From Mobula hypostoma (taxonomy: Eukaryota): a stretch of DNA of 64,000 nt. The number at the start of each line of letters is the position of its first letter. Within the stretch, counting starts at the first letter, position 1. The stretch lies in contig NC_086108.1 in assembly GCF_963921235.1 (NCBI RefSeq), positions 40,736,001 to 40,800,000 of the forward strand, in the 5' to 3' direction. Position numbers and translations under genes: made by a program. Positions 26,209 through 39,997 of the stretch are shown in pieces. The notes below the pieces were generated by a model. That model ran no database searches. It was not told the DNA's origin and saw only the letters and a list, made by a program, of their open reading frames with translations.

Positions 26209-29102
26209 TGAGCTTTGTTCTTCAAGGTTGTACATTTAAATAAGTCTCCCAAATGCACCTGATTTAGTAAAATGGGAAGCACACATGCATCCTGAATGTT
26301 GTGTACATAGGAAGTGAATAAAGTCAAACTTCATCCATAGGACTGAAATCTCAGGGTAGATCTGATGTTGAAATAGCTTATCACTAACAGAGCGGAATCA
26401 TTTAGAGAGAGGATTAAAGTCGAAATCCTGCCGAGACAATGTATCACACAATGGATATCAGGACCTGCTCACATTTCAGCACAGAGTCACCAGGTGTTTG
26501 CCTCTGGAGCTCTGTATAATGAGGAAGAACTGGAGAATATTGGCTTTCCCAGTGCTGAAAGTGGACAGCTGAGCACTGATGTTATTAGTATAAATAGTGT
26601 TATACCAGGCTTGTTCTGCTGTATCTTATGGATGATTCATTATAGCTGTGATAGTAAACCGTGATCTCACTTCCTCCTAACCAATGGCATTCTTCCCTGA
26701 GAGAAGACATACTCAGTCTTCCTATAGCAATTGAACATAGTTTTACTTCATAATGTCAACCATGATTTTACACGAATACCAGTGTACTAAGGAAGAGTAT
26801 GTTTACTTCTACATAGTTACCTAATAAAATAATTAATGGCATCCATAGTCTTTAGTTATACGGTATATAAACTCTATTATGGAGGGAAATCGTCCAGGTG
26901 CAGGTCAATGGGACTAGGCAGGATAACAGTTTAGCACAGATTAGATGGGGCCAAAGGCCTGTTTCTGTGCTGCAGTGCTCTGTGACTTGATGACTCTATA
27001 AATGTAAGAGCCACGCAGGTTCTACTATATGCTTTCTAAACTTCCTCTGAATGTTTAAGCTGAATTATCAGAAAGGAACTAGTTTGCATATTTGGAAATC
27101 AAAAAAACAATCTGACTCTGGAATAGTGAATTAAAATTGGAGAATGCTGGAGGCCCTCAGCATGTCAGGCAAAACCTGTGGAAAGAGAAACAGAGCTAAT
27201 GGGTCAGGGTGAGGACTCTTCTTAAGAATGGAAGGAACAGCTGAAGTTAAGATAACAATCCAACCCAGAAAGAATGATTAATTTCACTTCAGAGATCACT
27301 TTTCCATTGGGCAACATTGTAGGAACAGCTTCTTTGTTACTGAAATAATTTAAGGAGATGAGTAAAGGTTAGAGCCACTGTAAATCTTACTCTTGTGCTG
27401 AGAACTGCTTGTTTACCTATCTGGTGTTAAATAAATCCATTTGTTGGTTTATAACCTGAGCCTTGGCTTATATAGAACATATATTCATCCACCTACTAAG
27501 TGGTAACTTCATGGCATGTGATATATCCCAGTTAGCAGAAAGGGTGCTCTGTTATGTGGCTGGCTCACATCATATGTATTCAATGCCTGTTTGTCGATAT
27601 GTTTATCTAGATATTGGGACGGAACAAAACACACACGTCTGGAGACACGAGGCCCACTTACTGATATCATTGCCACTGAGCCGCCGTTGTATTTTGCAGT
27701 AACACTTGTAAGGATTTGTATAAAATACCAAGTTTAAAAAAAAACCCTGGGAGAAGCAGACGTCAACAGTTACTCTGCATTTTTCACATTGGAGATCCTT
27801 GGAAAGTTATGCCTGCTGAAAGATTATTGGCAGTCTGTATTCAATAATAGGACCCATGTGTGCTCCACATTTCCAGTGCTATTAGAACTAAATTAATTTG
27901 TAGTCATACTCTTTGGAATGAATTATATACCTGGTGCTGTCTAGCCAATGATAAACAGACCTAATTACATGACATTGTTGAGGGCATTGCCATGTTTAGT
28001 CAGCCGGGGAATGATACCTTATCCACACCGCATAGGGTCTGGTTGTGTGAAGCAGTGTTGGCTGTTAGGATGAGGGAAGTGGTCTTGGCATTGCTGAAGC
28101 AAAATGTTAACTCATCATGTGGGAGGCCAACGATGTGACGCTGACGATGGTGGATGTCACTGCTTCCCCCAGCTTCCAGAAATAGACTGGGGCATTCCTC
28201 ATGGCTAATCCAGAGAGTTTATTCACAACAGCGCAATATGACTCCACATACTGAAGGGGCTGTTTAGGTGGAAAGTAAGCTTGCAAAGCTGAAAGACAGC
28301 CTTTGTACAGATATTGTGCTATGACTGATGACTCTGTTTACTGTATCTCCTGACAACAAGTGGGAAACAAAATTTTATATTGGATTTATCAGTGCACCAC
28401 TCTAAAAGGAGAAAGAGCAGACATTGGAGAAGAGCAGACAATGGTGTTTCCCCGAGCATGTCTGTTGATTTATTATTCCTGTGTGGAAAAACCTTTGTGA
28501 CATTGAGAATGTTGCAGCAAAGGCAACAGCACTCTGCAGTTTTTTATTCAGATTTAAAGGAATGCCTTGAAGAGGCTTATGAGGCAGAGAGATAAAGAGA
28601 GGGAACTACAGAATAGAGTCTAGGTAGATAAAAGCAGAGGTCCCCATCACAGAACAAAACAAAATTCATGAATGATCAAATGGAGCAAAACTGAAAGGTT
28701 GTCTGGGGAAAGCATCTGGAATTTATTTTTATTTACACACAGGATGTGAGTGTTGCTGACAGGCCCAACATTTAACGCCCATTCCTTGTTATCCTTGAGA
28801 AGTTGGCAATGAGTCACCTTCTATAACTGCTGCAGCCTTTGTTGTGAAGGTACTTCCATCCTGTCATTAGTTGAGAGTTCCTGTTTTGTCGTAGCAGTTT
28901 GGTCCAACAGAATGGCTTTGTGAGCACTTTTCAGATGGGAGCTCAGAGACAGCCATGTTACTCTTGCTCTGGAGTCACACGTAGGCCATCCCAAGCTGGA
29001 CACAAGATCCTTTGCCTTAAAGGATGTTAGAGAACCAGGTGGATGATTGTAGTATTTTGTGATTTGCATTAGGGATGCTAGGATGTCATTTTGGAGTATT
29101 TA

Positions 29103-29325
29103 CAGTACAGCGCAAAAGTCTTAGGCACATAATAATAACTAGGGTGCCTAAGACTATTGTGCAGCACTGTATATTATGTCTTTCCAGTTACCAAATAACT
29201 AATAAAAAGTTATTTCTGTTTCCCAACCACCTTCCTATTTTAACCAATATATATACTGTGCCAAAGTCTAAGGCACCCTTGCTACATATAAATATATATG
29301 TGCCTAAGACTTTTATATAGTACTG
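29103..29325. mobile_element. Tc1/mariner MITE with TA TSD
   Basis: TA|CAGTACAGCGCAAAAGTCTTAGGCAC ... GTGCCTAAGACTTTTATATAGTACTG|TA, with additional internal TIR copies. Confidence 0.75.
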
Positions 29326-30804
29326 TAGTTAGTTATATATAAGTTCTTCCATTTGCATCGCAGAATTTCAACTCATACCCAGGCCTCTTGTTTAGCTCCG
29401 TACCATTATCACTATCTTACTATGGCTTTAAAGAAGAAGGAATGAGACCATGGACAACAATTCATGATTATTTAATTTGATGATAGATATAAGTGCTGAG
29501 GTTAATAGACATCTTTCATGATACCCATGGCAGTTAGAAGTAATTCAGAAATAAGTGCAACTTGTTTGGATATACTGACGCCGCATCAAGTATTATGTTC
29601 AGGAGAGGGAGGAGCTCAGACATTTTATTGATAGCTTGTTTTCAATGAAACCATTGGGCTTCAGGGTTATGTACGTGCTTTCTTTTTTGTTGCATTAAAT
29701 CCCTAAGAAATGTTTCAGTGTATCTTGTTTAGATTCCTGAGAAGTGAGAAAGGCAGCATCACACGTAGCTTGCAAGAAACTGTCATTAAAAGGCTGGGGG
29801 ATTTTTAACTCCTGTGAGTGGGTGCATGTGAGAACAGGCAGGCAGGTTTAAATGAGGCAAAAGGGATGGCACGTCAGAAACTGAATGCCAACCTACCAAG
29901 GACAACATTTAAAGAATGCATGTCTAATTGGGCACCAGAAACAGATGAAATATGTTGGCCATTTAAAGATGGTTAAAGCAAATTAAGAGGTATAGTGCAG
30001 CCTTTAATTGAATTTTCAAGGCTTTACCGATCGTCCCAGAACATGTTATTGAAGCCAAGATAGGAATACAGAGAGACTGCAGGGGAACTGGGAGTTAACA
30101 AGCAAATCTGGTTGGGAGTACAGCTTCCTCACTGCTGCTTCCTTGAGCTTTTCTGTGAAAGACTTTCTTCATTTATGTTGGCAGTTAGTTTGAAGACTTT
30201 GAAGGTTTTATTAGAATTTTATGGGCTTTCCAAACTTCAGAGGTGCTCTTCACTCTATACCGATCAGAGTGCCCGGAACAGTGGCGATGATCAGCCATCT
30301 GCATGGCAATGTGCAGGGGTGCAGGATGTAGGTCAATGCAGGAAGGGCCAAGATTGTGTAAATGAGAAGAAGTTGCTAAAGTATCCAGGCCAATTTGTTA
30401 AATTAACTTCACCTTTGCATGTAGGGACAGAGACCAACCATATTGGTTGAGTTTTAGTTTCATGGAAATTCTATTACCATTTGGAGTATATTGGTTTTCA
30501 ATGGCCTAAAAGATGGCCATCGGATTAATTGGTTAATTCACAATTTCCCGTAAAGATCCTTGTCTTTAATCTCCTTGATAGGGTGTCTAATCATTCCTTT
30601 AAACGGAGTGGGCAAAAATTGCAAATAGTTCATTTTCATGTAAATGATACACTTCGTCAGAAGGCCAGAGGTTTGCTGGAAGTTAGGTCTCAAGTTCTCA
30701 TTCTAATAATTTAGAAAAACTGCATCTCCAAGAGTTTTTACCAGTAATAGCTTTGGTATACTATACAGAATGTGGTATACTGTGGTTCCTTAAAGTTGTT
30801 GTAA

Positions 30805-31290
30805 CCGGGAGTAGTAATGGAGACAAGCTGCTATTACCTACTAAATGCTCCCAATAGCATGTGTCTCAAATAGCCTCTGACAACCAAGTCCAGCTCCTGG
30901 CCTTCACGTGTGGCTTAGCTACGAAGCCTGGTGGAACTGTTTCTACTGACTGGAGAAGGGATAAAAGCAAGTTACTGGTGCCTTAAAATCAGTTACTTTA
31001 GGGGCTCATCAACTGTGGTAGGCAGCTCATCTTGGAGAAGGAATCCAGATCTCAAACCTTAGCTGCCTTGTGGCTATACCCACTATAACCCAAGAGAAAA
31101 ATCCAGAGCTAGAGTCCCTACATTGAAATGAGTTCTGACTGGCAACTCCTGCAATGCTGCTGGTGCCGTGCTGTTGCATGGAGAGGGGGAGCTTGCTACT
31201 TGGGCAACAGCTTGCTCTCCATATCGTACTGCCCAGGCTTGCATACCTAGATGACTAGGTTGCAATATCTAAGGTCGACTCTGACTGATG
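30805..31290 (+). repeat. Unclassified interspersed repeat (SINE-like or LINE-UTR-like)
   Basis: Colinear with 63738-64000 (ctcaaatagcctctga.aaccaagtccagctcc...). Confidence 0.7.
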
Positions 31291-33624
31291 GAGGCCTCAG
31301 ACTCAGACTGTATGTTCAGACAGTGGAGGATTTGAGAGTCCAGTCATCCAATTACTAATCCTGGTTTTGGTTAGCAGCAACAAATGGAACAAAAGTCCTG
31401 TGATTGAACTTCACACTCAGCCTAAATTTTGTTAATGCAGTCAGGTCCACTTAATGTTGTTGTGTTCAATGGCTAGACATTGCTATGCATTCTGCACCAC
31501 AAAAGATATATCAAACCAGCAACAAGATGACACATGATTCATGCAAAACCTCCTGCAACAATGTCGTGTGCAAGTTTCAAGATGTTGTGCATGATACAAT
31601 TGGCTCTGTGGGCTATTTATGCACAGATGTTGATCCTCCACTCATTTTTCCATTGAGGAGTGGGCAGAAGAACTGATATTGCCCATATTTCACCATGAAC
31701 GGAAAGAGAACATATTGATCTTCCACCCTGTTCCTGTTCCCAATGTAATCTCATTCATCCATACATCTCCCTGTAGCCTATTCTCTCATACATGCCCATG
31801 CTGATCTTCCCATCTTTCTTCTACCATTCGAGGTGGAGAATCATTGCCCTGTGATGATAGCTCTGTTTCCGATTTATGGATGCTCTGTGCTTGTGACTTT
31901 TTCTGGTTTGCTTTCAGGTTTGCAGCATTAACTTGGCTTTTCAATCCACATCTGGTTCTGTTGTTAATTCTGCCTTGCGTCCTCCATGGATGCTGCCTGA
32001 CCTGGTGGGCCTCAGCGCACTCCATTACTTCCGACTTCCTACAACTAATGCTCAGAGTCCCAGAACTGGAGTACCTTTTTTTCTACTTATCTTTCATTTA
32101 CTCTGCTGCTGGAAAATCAGCCCCCATCAACAAGCTCTATCCCCAGCTGACATCAATCACTCTCCTGGTCCCATCCCACCTTAGACATTCCCATTGCCCC
32201 CCCCCCACAACCTTCTCTGCAAACCAATACATACCGTTCCGCAAATCAAAACTTGTTAAAATGTCGTCAGCTTAAAATTCCAATGACGTTTCCTTCTCCA
32301 CAGTGCAACCTGACCTGTTGAGCACCTCGAGAGCTTTTATTTCCATTTCAGATATAACCCATCTGTCATTTTCAGTTAGGTTTCACAAAGGTATAATTAT
32401 CTATACCTCATATCTCATCACAACATAGAGAAAGGTCATTCAGCCCATTGAATCTATGCATGCTCTCAGAATACTCCCATCAGTGCCATTGCCCAATCTA
32501 TTTTCCTGCCAGCTGTTCTCTCCACACCTGCATTAACAGTAACCCTTTCCCCCAGCTCTCCTGCAGCATCTTCACTGGGAGTACTTATGATAATGCTGGA
32601 GAGGGTCAGGTTCAAATTATATTCAGTTGGAGTCTTCAGGCAAATAGTTTTTTAAAATTTATGCTGTTTTAATAAAGTCTGCAAATATGTAAGACAGTAT
32701 TTTCAAGCGTCATCGAAATAGACATCATTTGCTTACAAGGTCTATGTCACACCAGCGAAAAAAATCAGTTTTTGTTTTAGGAATGTCGTGAGAGAGGGAT
32801 CAAAGAGAGTTGTACATAATTTCTTCTCTCTCAGTGCGTAAGAATGGGACAACTTTCCCCACTGAGCCTTTGCCAGGACTTCACTTAACCCCAGTATGTC
32901 CCTCAGCATGTGCTTCTGCATCTTACAATGCACCAGTTAGCAGCATTTGTTTACAGACAAGTCCTTGCACTGTAGCAGGCCAGAGAGCATCTTGCACTGA
33001 GGTGAGGATCTCCCAGCAATGCTTGCTCATTTTCTCTGGGCCTGGCCCTCTGAACAACCTGTTACCTACAGAATCCTGTGTATATACAGCTGTTTGGGAT
33101 GACGCTTGGCACAGACCTTTAGATCCTTCCTCAGACGTTTTTGGAAAATGCACGCTGCAGAATAAGATTGAATGGTTATCTCTCCCCTCACAACAGCCAC
33201 CTCAGAAACACTGTGTGGTAGTGCTGGGACTCCAATTATGCATGAAGTATCTGACAGGGAAGGACCATCTGGTCAATTGAGATCCGAGTGTGAAGTGACC
33301 TCAGCTATGCTGTACATGGTGTGGGTGTTACCTATACTAGACTCCTGGGCTGCAGCAGGTAACCGAGCTGTCTTCCGGCTCATCTGCAGTTCAAATATGG
33401 ATTATATCTCTCACGATGTGATGCTCAAATCGCCAGGGACAAGTTTTGGTGGGGTGGAGTGGTGAAATATGTACCCAATGCAGCCTTGATTCTTGTCTCT
33501 TGCTGCATGAAACCCTGAGAAATCAAACACCAAAGTCACTGTATGCTGAAGGTTTACCTATCCCTTATGTTGGAGGATAGGCCTGGGCACAGTTCCCTGG
33601 AACGTCCTACTGTGCTTCTGCCTC

Positions 33625-34270
33625 ATAGAAAAGTCCATGGAAAAACAGAAAAAACAGAAACAATCCAACACATTACAGGATCCTGTAGCAGTTTAACACA
33701 ATCTGAGTACTTAACCCAGGCACAATCAAATAGCAAAGATCATTCATCAAAATCTTGCTTTAAAATATAAATTCATATATGAAATCACACCTTACTATAA
33801 ATACAAGCCAGATGCAGTTTTAGATTCAGAATACCACAAATCGTATTATAGCCTATCAGTTATTACAGATTGGGCAATCCATAATAATCATCTGGATATA
33901 ATAATACAGGATAAACAAACAAGAACAACTTATTTCATGGATATAGCCATTCCAAACACACATAACTTACAGAAATCAATAACTGAAAAACACCAGAAAT
34001 ATGTTGAATTAAAAGAGGAAATTGGAAGACACTGGGACATGAATAGGGTATACATTCTCCCAATAGTAATATCTTCAGCTGGTATCATCCCAAAGGCACT
34101 ACACAATAGCGTTAGACAATTAGGGCTACACAGTAACGTCTGTTTACATCTTCAGAAAGCCACATTACTAAACATCACCAGACAAGTCCGAAAGTTCCTA
34201 GCAACTGACAAATGAGCGTGCTTGGCTATGTCTATACCTCCGGTTATATCAGCTTGAGCTGAGAAAAAAA
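33625..34270 (+). mobile_element. R4/Dong-like non-LTR retrotransposon 3' end (CCHC + restriction-like endonuclease)
   Basis: ETIQHITGSC zinc-knuckle remnant and MDIAIP...EKHQKYVEL...PIVISSAGIIPK (RLE). It ends in an A run followed by TAA repeats. Confidence 0.75.
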
Positions 34271-35505
34271 TAATAATGATAATACATAAGTATTAAATAT
34301 CGAGAACATGAGATGTAGATCCCTTGAAAGTGAGTACCTGGTTTGGGCAAACATTTCAGAGATGGGATGAGTGAATTTGAGTGAAGTTATCCCCTCTGAT
34401 TCAAGAGCCCGATGGTTGAGGGGTAATAATTGTTACTGAGCCTGGGTATTGTGAGTTCTGAGCCTCCTGTACCTTCTTCCTTTTGGCAGCAGAGAGAAGA
34501 GAGCATGACCTGGTTGGTGGAGGTCTCTGATGATGGATGCTGCTTTCCTGTGATAACGCTCTGTGTACAGAAGATGGGCTCAATGGTGGAGAGGGCTTTA
34601 CTCATGATGGACTGGGCTATATCCACTACTTCTTGTAGGATTTTCCATTCAAGGTCATTGGTATTTTCATACCAGGCTGTGAGGTAGCCAGTCAATATAC
34701 TCTCCACCACTGCATCATCGTGTGCCGGTTTCCAACCGCCTAAAATCGAGGAAAAGCTTTGCTACAGTGGAGGAACTATCGAAAGGAACACCACCCCCCC
34801 CCACCCCCCAAACATACAGGATTGACCTCTGGTAACAAACAGAAGCCAGAACCCTACCAAACAGTACAGTGCAAGACCCCACAGAAATGTCACCAGACGG
34901 GGGAACTGCTTGACAGACAGAAGTGGGTCACTCTCAACAGAGTGAGAGCGGGAGTTTGTAGGACGGGAGACAATATGGTGAAGTGGGGTTTAAAGACCAG
35001 CGAATCCTGTGGGTGTGGCGAAATTGTGCAGAACATTGAACATGTTCCGCTCAACTGTCCACTCTCACCTGATTTAGCTGTCACTGACCTGCTCCACATC
35101 AACCAAACAACACTAGAGTGGCTGGCTGTCTGGTGTGACAAGCTATGATGATCTATAGAAATTTATCAAAGTTTTAGATGTCATGCAGAATTGTCTGAAA
35201 CTTCTAAGAAAGTAGAGGCTCTGCTATGGTTTCCCCATCATTACTAATGGACCTCCAGTTTCCTCCTCCTGATAGCGATGATCAGATCCTTGGTCTTGCT
35301 GACATTTGAGTAAGAGTTTGTTATGGCACAACTCTGCCAGATTTTCACTCTCGCTGCAATCTGTTGATTTGGCCTAGGGCAGTGGTGTCATCAGCAAACT
35401 TCAAAATGACTTTGGAGCTGTGCTTAGCCACACGGGCATAAGTGTGAACTGAGTGGCGCAGGAGACTAAGCACGCAGCCTGGTGGTGCATCTGTCCTCAT
35501 GGAGA
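34271..35505 (-). mobile_element. Rex1/Babar LINE 3' part, interrupted by 34711-35151
   Basis: ORF 34387-34710 (VESILTGYLTAWYEN). The element resumes at ~35152 (ctatagaaatttatcaaagtttt), with KFADD near 35385-35400. Confidence 0.75.
34711..35151 (+). mobile_element. Vingi/Ingi-like LINE 3' end
   Basis: WVTLNRVRAGVCRT...KWG...SCGCGE..QNIEHV..NCP is the CCHC C-terminus typical of Ingi/Vingi-type ORFs. It ends in a short tgatgat tail. Confidence 0.6.
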
Positions 35506-35559
35506 GGTGGAGAGTGCAAAATAAGGTACAAAAGCTGCAGAGAAAGTGCAGCGTAGCTC

Positions 35560-36485
35560 AGCAATGAAGTGTAAGATCATAATGAAGTAGACTGTGAGGT
35601 CAACAGTCCATCTTATAATACAAGGTCCATTCAAGTGTCTGATAATAGTGGGAAAGGAGCTGTTCTGGTGTCTGCTTTTATGTGGTTTCAGGCATTTATA
35701 TCTTCTGTTCAGTGGAAGAGGGGAGAAGAGAGGACATTTGTGGTGATAGGGTATTTGATTATAGTTATTGCTTTACTATGGTAGTGAGAAGTGCAGACAG
35801 AATCTATAAAGGGGAGTCTGTTTTTTGTGATATGCTGAGCTGTGTCCACAATGCTCTGAGGTTTCTTGAGATCACGTTATGGATTCAGATTGAGTGCATT
35901 CTATGGTGCATTGATAAAAATTGGTAAGGGACAAAGGGGACATGCTAAATCTCTTTTTGCCTCCTGAGTAAGTAGAGACATTGGTGAGCTTTCTTGCCCA
36001 AGACATCAATGTGGCTGGGCCTGGACAGGTTGTTGGCAATGTTCACTCTCAGGAACATGAGCTCTTGAACATCTCAAGCTCTGTCACCATTAATGCTGAC
36101 AGGAACTTGTGCACTACTCCACTTCAACATCCAGCTCTCTTGTTTCTTTGACACTAATGGAAAGGCTGTTGTCATGACACCATGCAGCTAAGCCCTTTAT
36201 CTCTTTTGTGTACTCTGACTCATCAGTATTTAAGAAACGATCCACTATGGTGGCACCATCTGCAAACTTGTGGATGGAGTTAGAGCAGAATCTGGCCATG
36301 AGTGTATAAGCAGAAGAGAAGGGGACTGAAGATGCAACCTTGTGGAACCCCAGTGTTTAGAATAGTCATGGTGGAGATGATGCAGTCTATCCTTACTGAT
36401 AATGGTCTGTTGATTAGGAAGTCAAGAATCTGGTTACAGAGGGTGGCATCAACTCCCAGAGTCTGGAGGTTAGTGATCAGTTTCT
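35560..36485 (-). mobile_element. Rex1/Babar LINE RT fragment
   Basis: LNTGVPQGCIFSPLLF and HKFADG in ORFs 36280-36504 and 36114-36299. Confidence 0.8.
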
Positions 36486-38079
36486 TGTTATGGCAATTGA
36501 CCATACCTTTTTTTTATTAATTTGTTCAGTTTTTTCCCCAATCTTCCAGTAAGTGACTGCTGATGAGATTGGTGGGAGGAATTACCAAAGGTAGTCCATA
36601 TGAAGAAAAGGTGGCTGACTTTTCTACTGAAAAAGCAGTTGATATTATCAATTGGATGGAATGATCTTAGCGTTGTCTCCCAGTACAGTCAGACTGATCA
36701 GCTGCTTTAGGTAGTCTTCAGTACCAGAGTGGTGCTGAAACTGCACAGCTCAGAAAAGCCTGGGAGGGGCTTTTTGGTGGATCTGAACTCCCCAACACAT
36801 TCCTTACCCCTCACCTTTTCCACTTATACTGTCTTTGCTTTGCCTAAAATTCAGGGTTCTCCCTGTAACCTCGCAGAGCAAGGGGCAACACCATAAAGAA
36901 TAGATAGTGAACATAAAATAAACTGCAAGTAAAGGGGTTGATCATTTAAAATGAGGGTGCTTGGAAATTTCTTTTAGCAGAGTGTTACCAACATTTCCTT
37001 TAGTAGAGTGAAAGTATGGAATTCTCTGCCTCTGAGAATTATGAAAGCTAGATCATGGAGGTGCTTAAGGTCAGGTAGGTTGGAAGATTGGAAAATTTAA
37101 GGCAATGGAGAATTAGCGCAGAGGAGGAATCAATGCCAGTGTGTAGATTAGCAGAGTAGTTGGCTTCAGGAGACCTGTTCCTTTTTTCTCTTGAGTTCTG
37201 CTGATCTCATCATTTTCCTCCTCCTAACAAGAAGTACTTACGTTTTGTGTATCTCTGTGATCAGCTGGATGCAGTAACAATGAAACTACATGTTTGCACA
37301 GTAGATTTCAGATTGCTCTAAACACCTGCACATAGCTGGTGCAGAGCTAGAGTTGTGATGGAAGTAAAACTGAAGTGAAAGAAAGATGTGGGATAAACAA
37401 CCCAAAGTGAGCTAAGAATCTTAAGGTTATGTATCAAAAAAAGGGCCGTGATTCATTGAAACTGTTCGGATAACATTACTCACAATATGCCAGATTATTA
37501 CTGTAAGATGTGCTTACCTGCAAAAGTGCTGTCATCTAACGTTGCATTGAATGAAAGTTGACTCCCGCTGGCTCTAACTCAGCTAGGGTAACATTCTACG
37601 AGGTGCCTCTCTAAGTATAAAGTGTTGTGGGCAGCTCATATGGCTGGTTTTGATGTGGAAAGAGAAAGTTGAGCAGAAGCTGCAGGAAGTTGCTTTGGAC
37701 TATTCTGGCCAATCCCTTTTAATGGCTTGCAACATACAACAGAGTGAAAGGTAGACACTCTGGCCCGACGTCCTTTGTTATTGGTTAGCACCACATCAAT
37801 GATCAGGCACACAGCATACCACATGCAAACACATTTTGGATTGAACACTGTTTAATCCTTCTGAATCTTGTCATTTTCCTTTCCATTTGCAGCCTTGACC
37901 TCACAATCTACCTTGTTATGATCTTGCGTCTTACCTGCACTGCCCTTTCTCTGTCACTGTTATACTTCATTCTGCATTGTTATTGTTTTACCTTGTTCTA
38001 CCTCAATGCACTGTGAAATGATCTGTTCTGCATGAACAGTATGCAAGACAAACTTTTCACTGTGCCTTGATAACGTATA

Positions 38080-38430
38080 AGATCAAGTTCATGTTCATAG
38101 TTGTTCAACTGTACACCTGTATACAGCTAAATGAGACAATGTTCCTTTGGAAGCAAGATGCAGCACATACAACAATATTAACAGATAATAAAAATATTCT
38201 GCAGATGTTTAAGTTGACATAAGGTGCATATACAACATGTAGTTAAATATACAACAATATAATGCTACTGGCGCTGTCATAAATGACGAGTACTGGTTGG
38301 TAACAGGGTGTTCAGAAGTCTCACAGCCTGGGGGAAGAAGCTGTTCCCCAGCCTAATAGTCCTTGTTCTTATACTGCAGTGCCTTCTGCCTGAAAGTAGG
38401 AGGTTAAAGATTTTGTGGGACTGATGGGAG
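38080..38430 (-). mobile_element. Rex1/Babar LINE 3' end
   Basis: SGRRHCSIRTRTIRLGNSFFPQAVRLLN. Confidence 0.75.
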
Positions 38431-39277
38431 AGACGTACCCCTCCACCCCCATCCAGTGACACTAATAAAACAATTCCAAGTCCAACTTATTATCTGGTGT
38501 CGAAACATATCCTGTTTCAAAGTTACAGTTTTAAAACCATTAACTTTGGTGTGCACTCCTAACGATTTTGTCAAACGTATGTAGCTTAAATCCACTTTAC
38601 ATTTTAATCCTTTATAACTTGCCTAGTGAAATCAAAATGCAGATTAAACACTACACAGCAACAGTGAAACTGAGGCTGGGTTTTAAGATTTGTTCATGAA
38701 TGCAGCAGTTCTGAGCACAATGACCATCTGCTGTGTTGTGGAACTGTACTCTGACAAACACTCTGATGTCGAACCACATTTCACTGTTTACAACGCTGGC
38801 TTGTGGTTTGAACTGGAGATCCAGGCTTAGTCTCAACACACTGCTGCTGCTCCTCAAGTGATGGATAAGCGTTAGAGTGATAGAGGTGGTTTGAGCATCT
38901 GCTCCTTGAAATGAGCACGAGCTGATCTATTCATCTTGAACTTTAGATCAAGAGATTGACATCTGCAGTGCCATGCAAAAGCCAGTTCCTCGAGACTATC
39001 TGGCACTCGAAGTGTGTGGCTGTGTCAGGTACTTAGTAATACCAGAATTAAAAGTAGCAAGCAATATCAGAATGTTACGCCCTATGCCGAGTCATTAAAC
39101 AACCAGGCTTAATTTCTTTATTTGAACAGGAGCTTTCTTGCTCCTCTGATTATCAACCAATGGCAGTGACAGGGCCTACTAAATGAAAGCCTTGGCCTGC
39201 CAGTCATGTGCCAGGTTACAGCTGGCACATGCCAACTCACAAGTACATGGGCCAGCTTGAGGTTTATTTGCTTAGAG

Positions 39278-39343
39278 CAGGAGTTCCCAACCAGTTTTAT
39301 GGCACGGACCCTTACTATTAACCAAGGGGTCAGTGAACCCCTG
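39278..39343. mobile_element. Small hAT-like MITE remnant
   Basis: CAGGAGTTC...GAACCCCTG termini flanked by gcttagag / atttagag (imperfect 8-bp TSD). Confidence 0.4.
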
Positions 39344-39344
39344 A

Positions 39345-39620
39345 TTTAGAGATACAGTGCAGAACGGGTCCTTCCAGCTCAACGAGCTGCACCGTCCAGC
39401 AACCCAGCTGTTTAACACCAGCCTAATCACAGGACAATTTACAACCACCAATTAAGTTACTAACCTGTACGTCTTTAGACTGTGGGGGGAAACCGGAGTA
39501 CCTGGAGGAAGCACGTGTGGTCACGGGGAGAACGTACAAACTCCTTACAGAAGATGTATTGAACTCTGAACTCTGGGACGCCCTGGGCGCTAATAGGGTT
39601 GTGCTGACTGCCATGCTAGT
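39345..39620 (-). mobile_element. V-type SINE
   Basis: The reverse complement has gagtttgtacgttctccccgtgacc...ctccggtttccc.ccacagtc.aaagacgtac (V-SINE core). Confidence 0.75.
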
Positions 39621-39997
39621 GTGCTGCCTCAAAATGGATGTGATTGGTTGTACTGAATAACCAGTCCTCATATCACGGTAACGCCCATTACCACCATCTG
39701 GATATGTGCAAAGATTACACTGGGCAGTTGCTCGACAGAATCCTACTCACCTATTTCATTCATGTGTTTGAAACGTGAATTGTTGGCTGAGTTCCTTAAG
39801 TTGTCCATAGTCCTGACTGCCATTTCTGGGTTTACAGTCTGGCTAAAGCTGACCACCTAGATCTCACTTCCAAAAGTTTGAGTTCCCATCTTTCATTCAT
39901 GGCCAAGGAGAGTTCCTCTGCAGGCTGTATGAAACTGGCCTGAAGCTGCCCTGTCCTCCTTCCAGAGATCTAGCCTTCCATCATCTTCAGAGTAATA

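Noticed and set aside
32742..33465. Cluster of overlapping ORFs up to 156 aa
   Set aside because: No recognisable domain, biased composition or splice context; consistent with chance.
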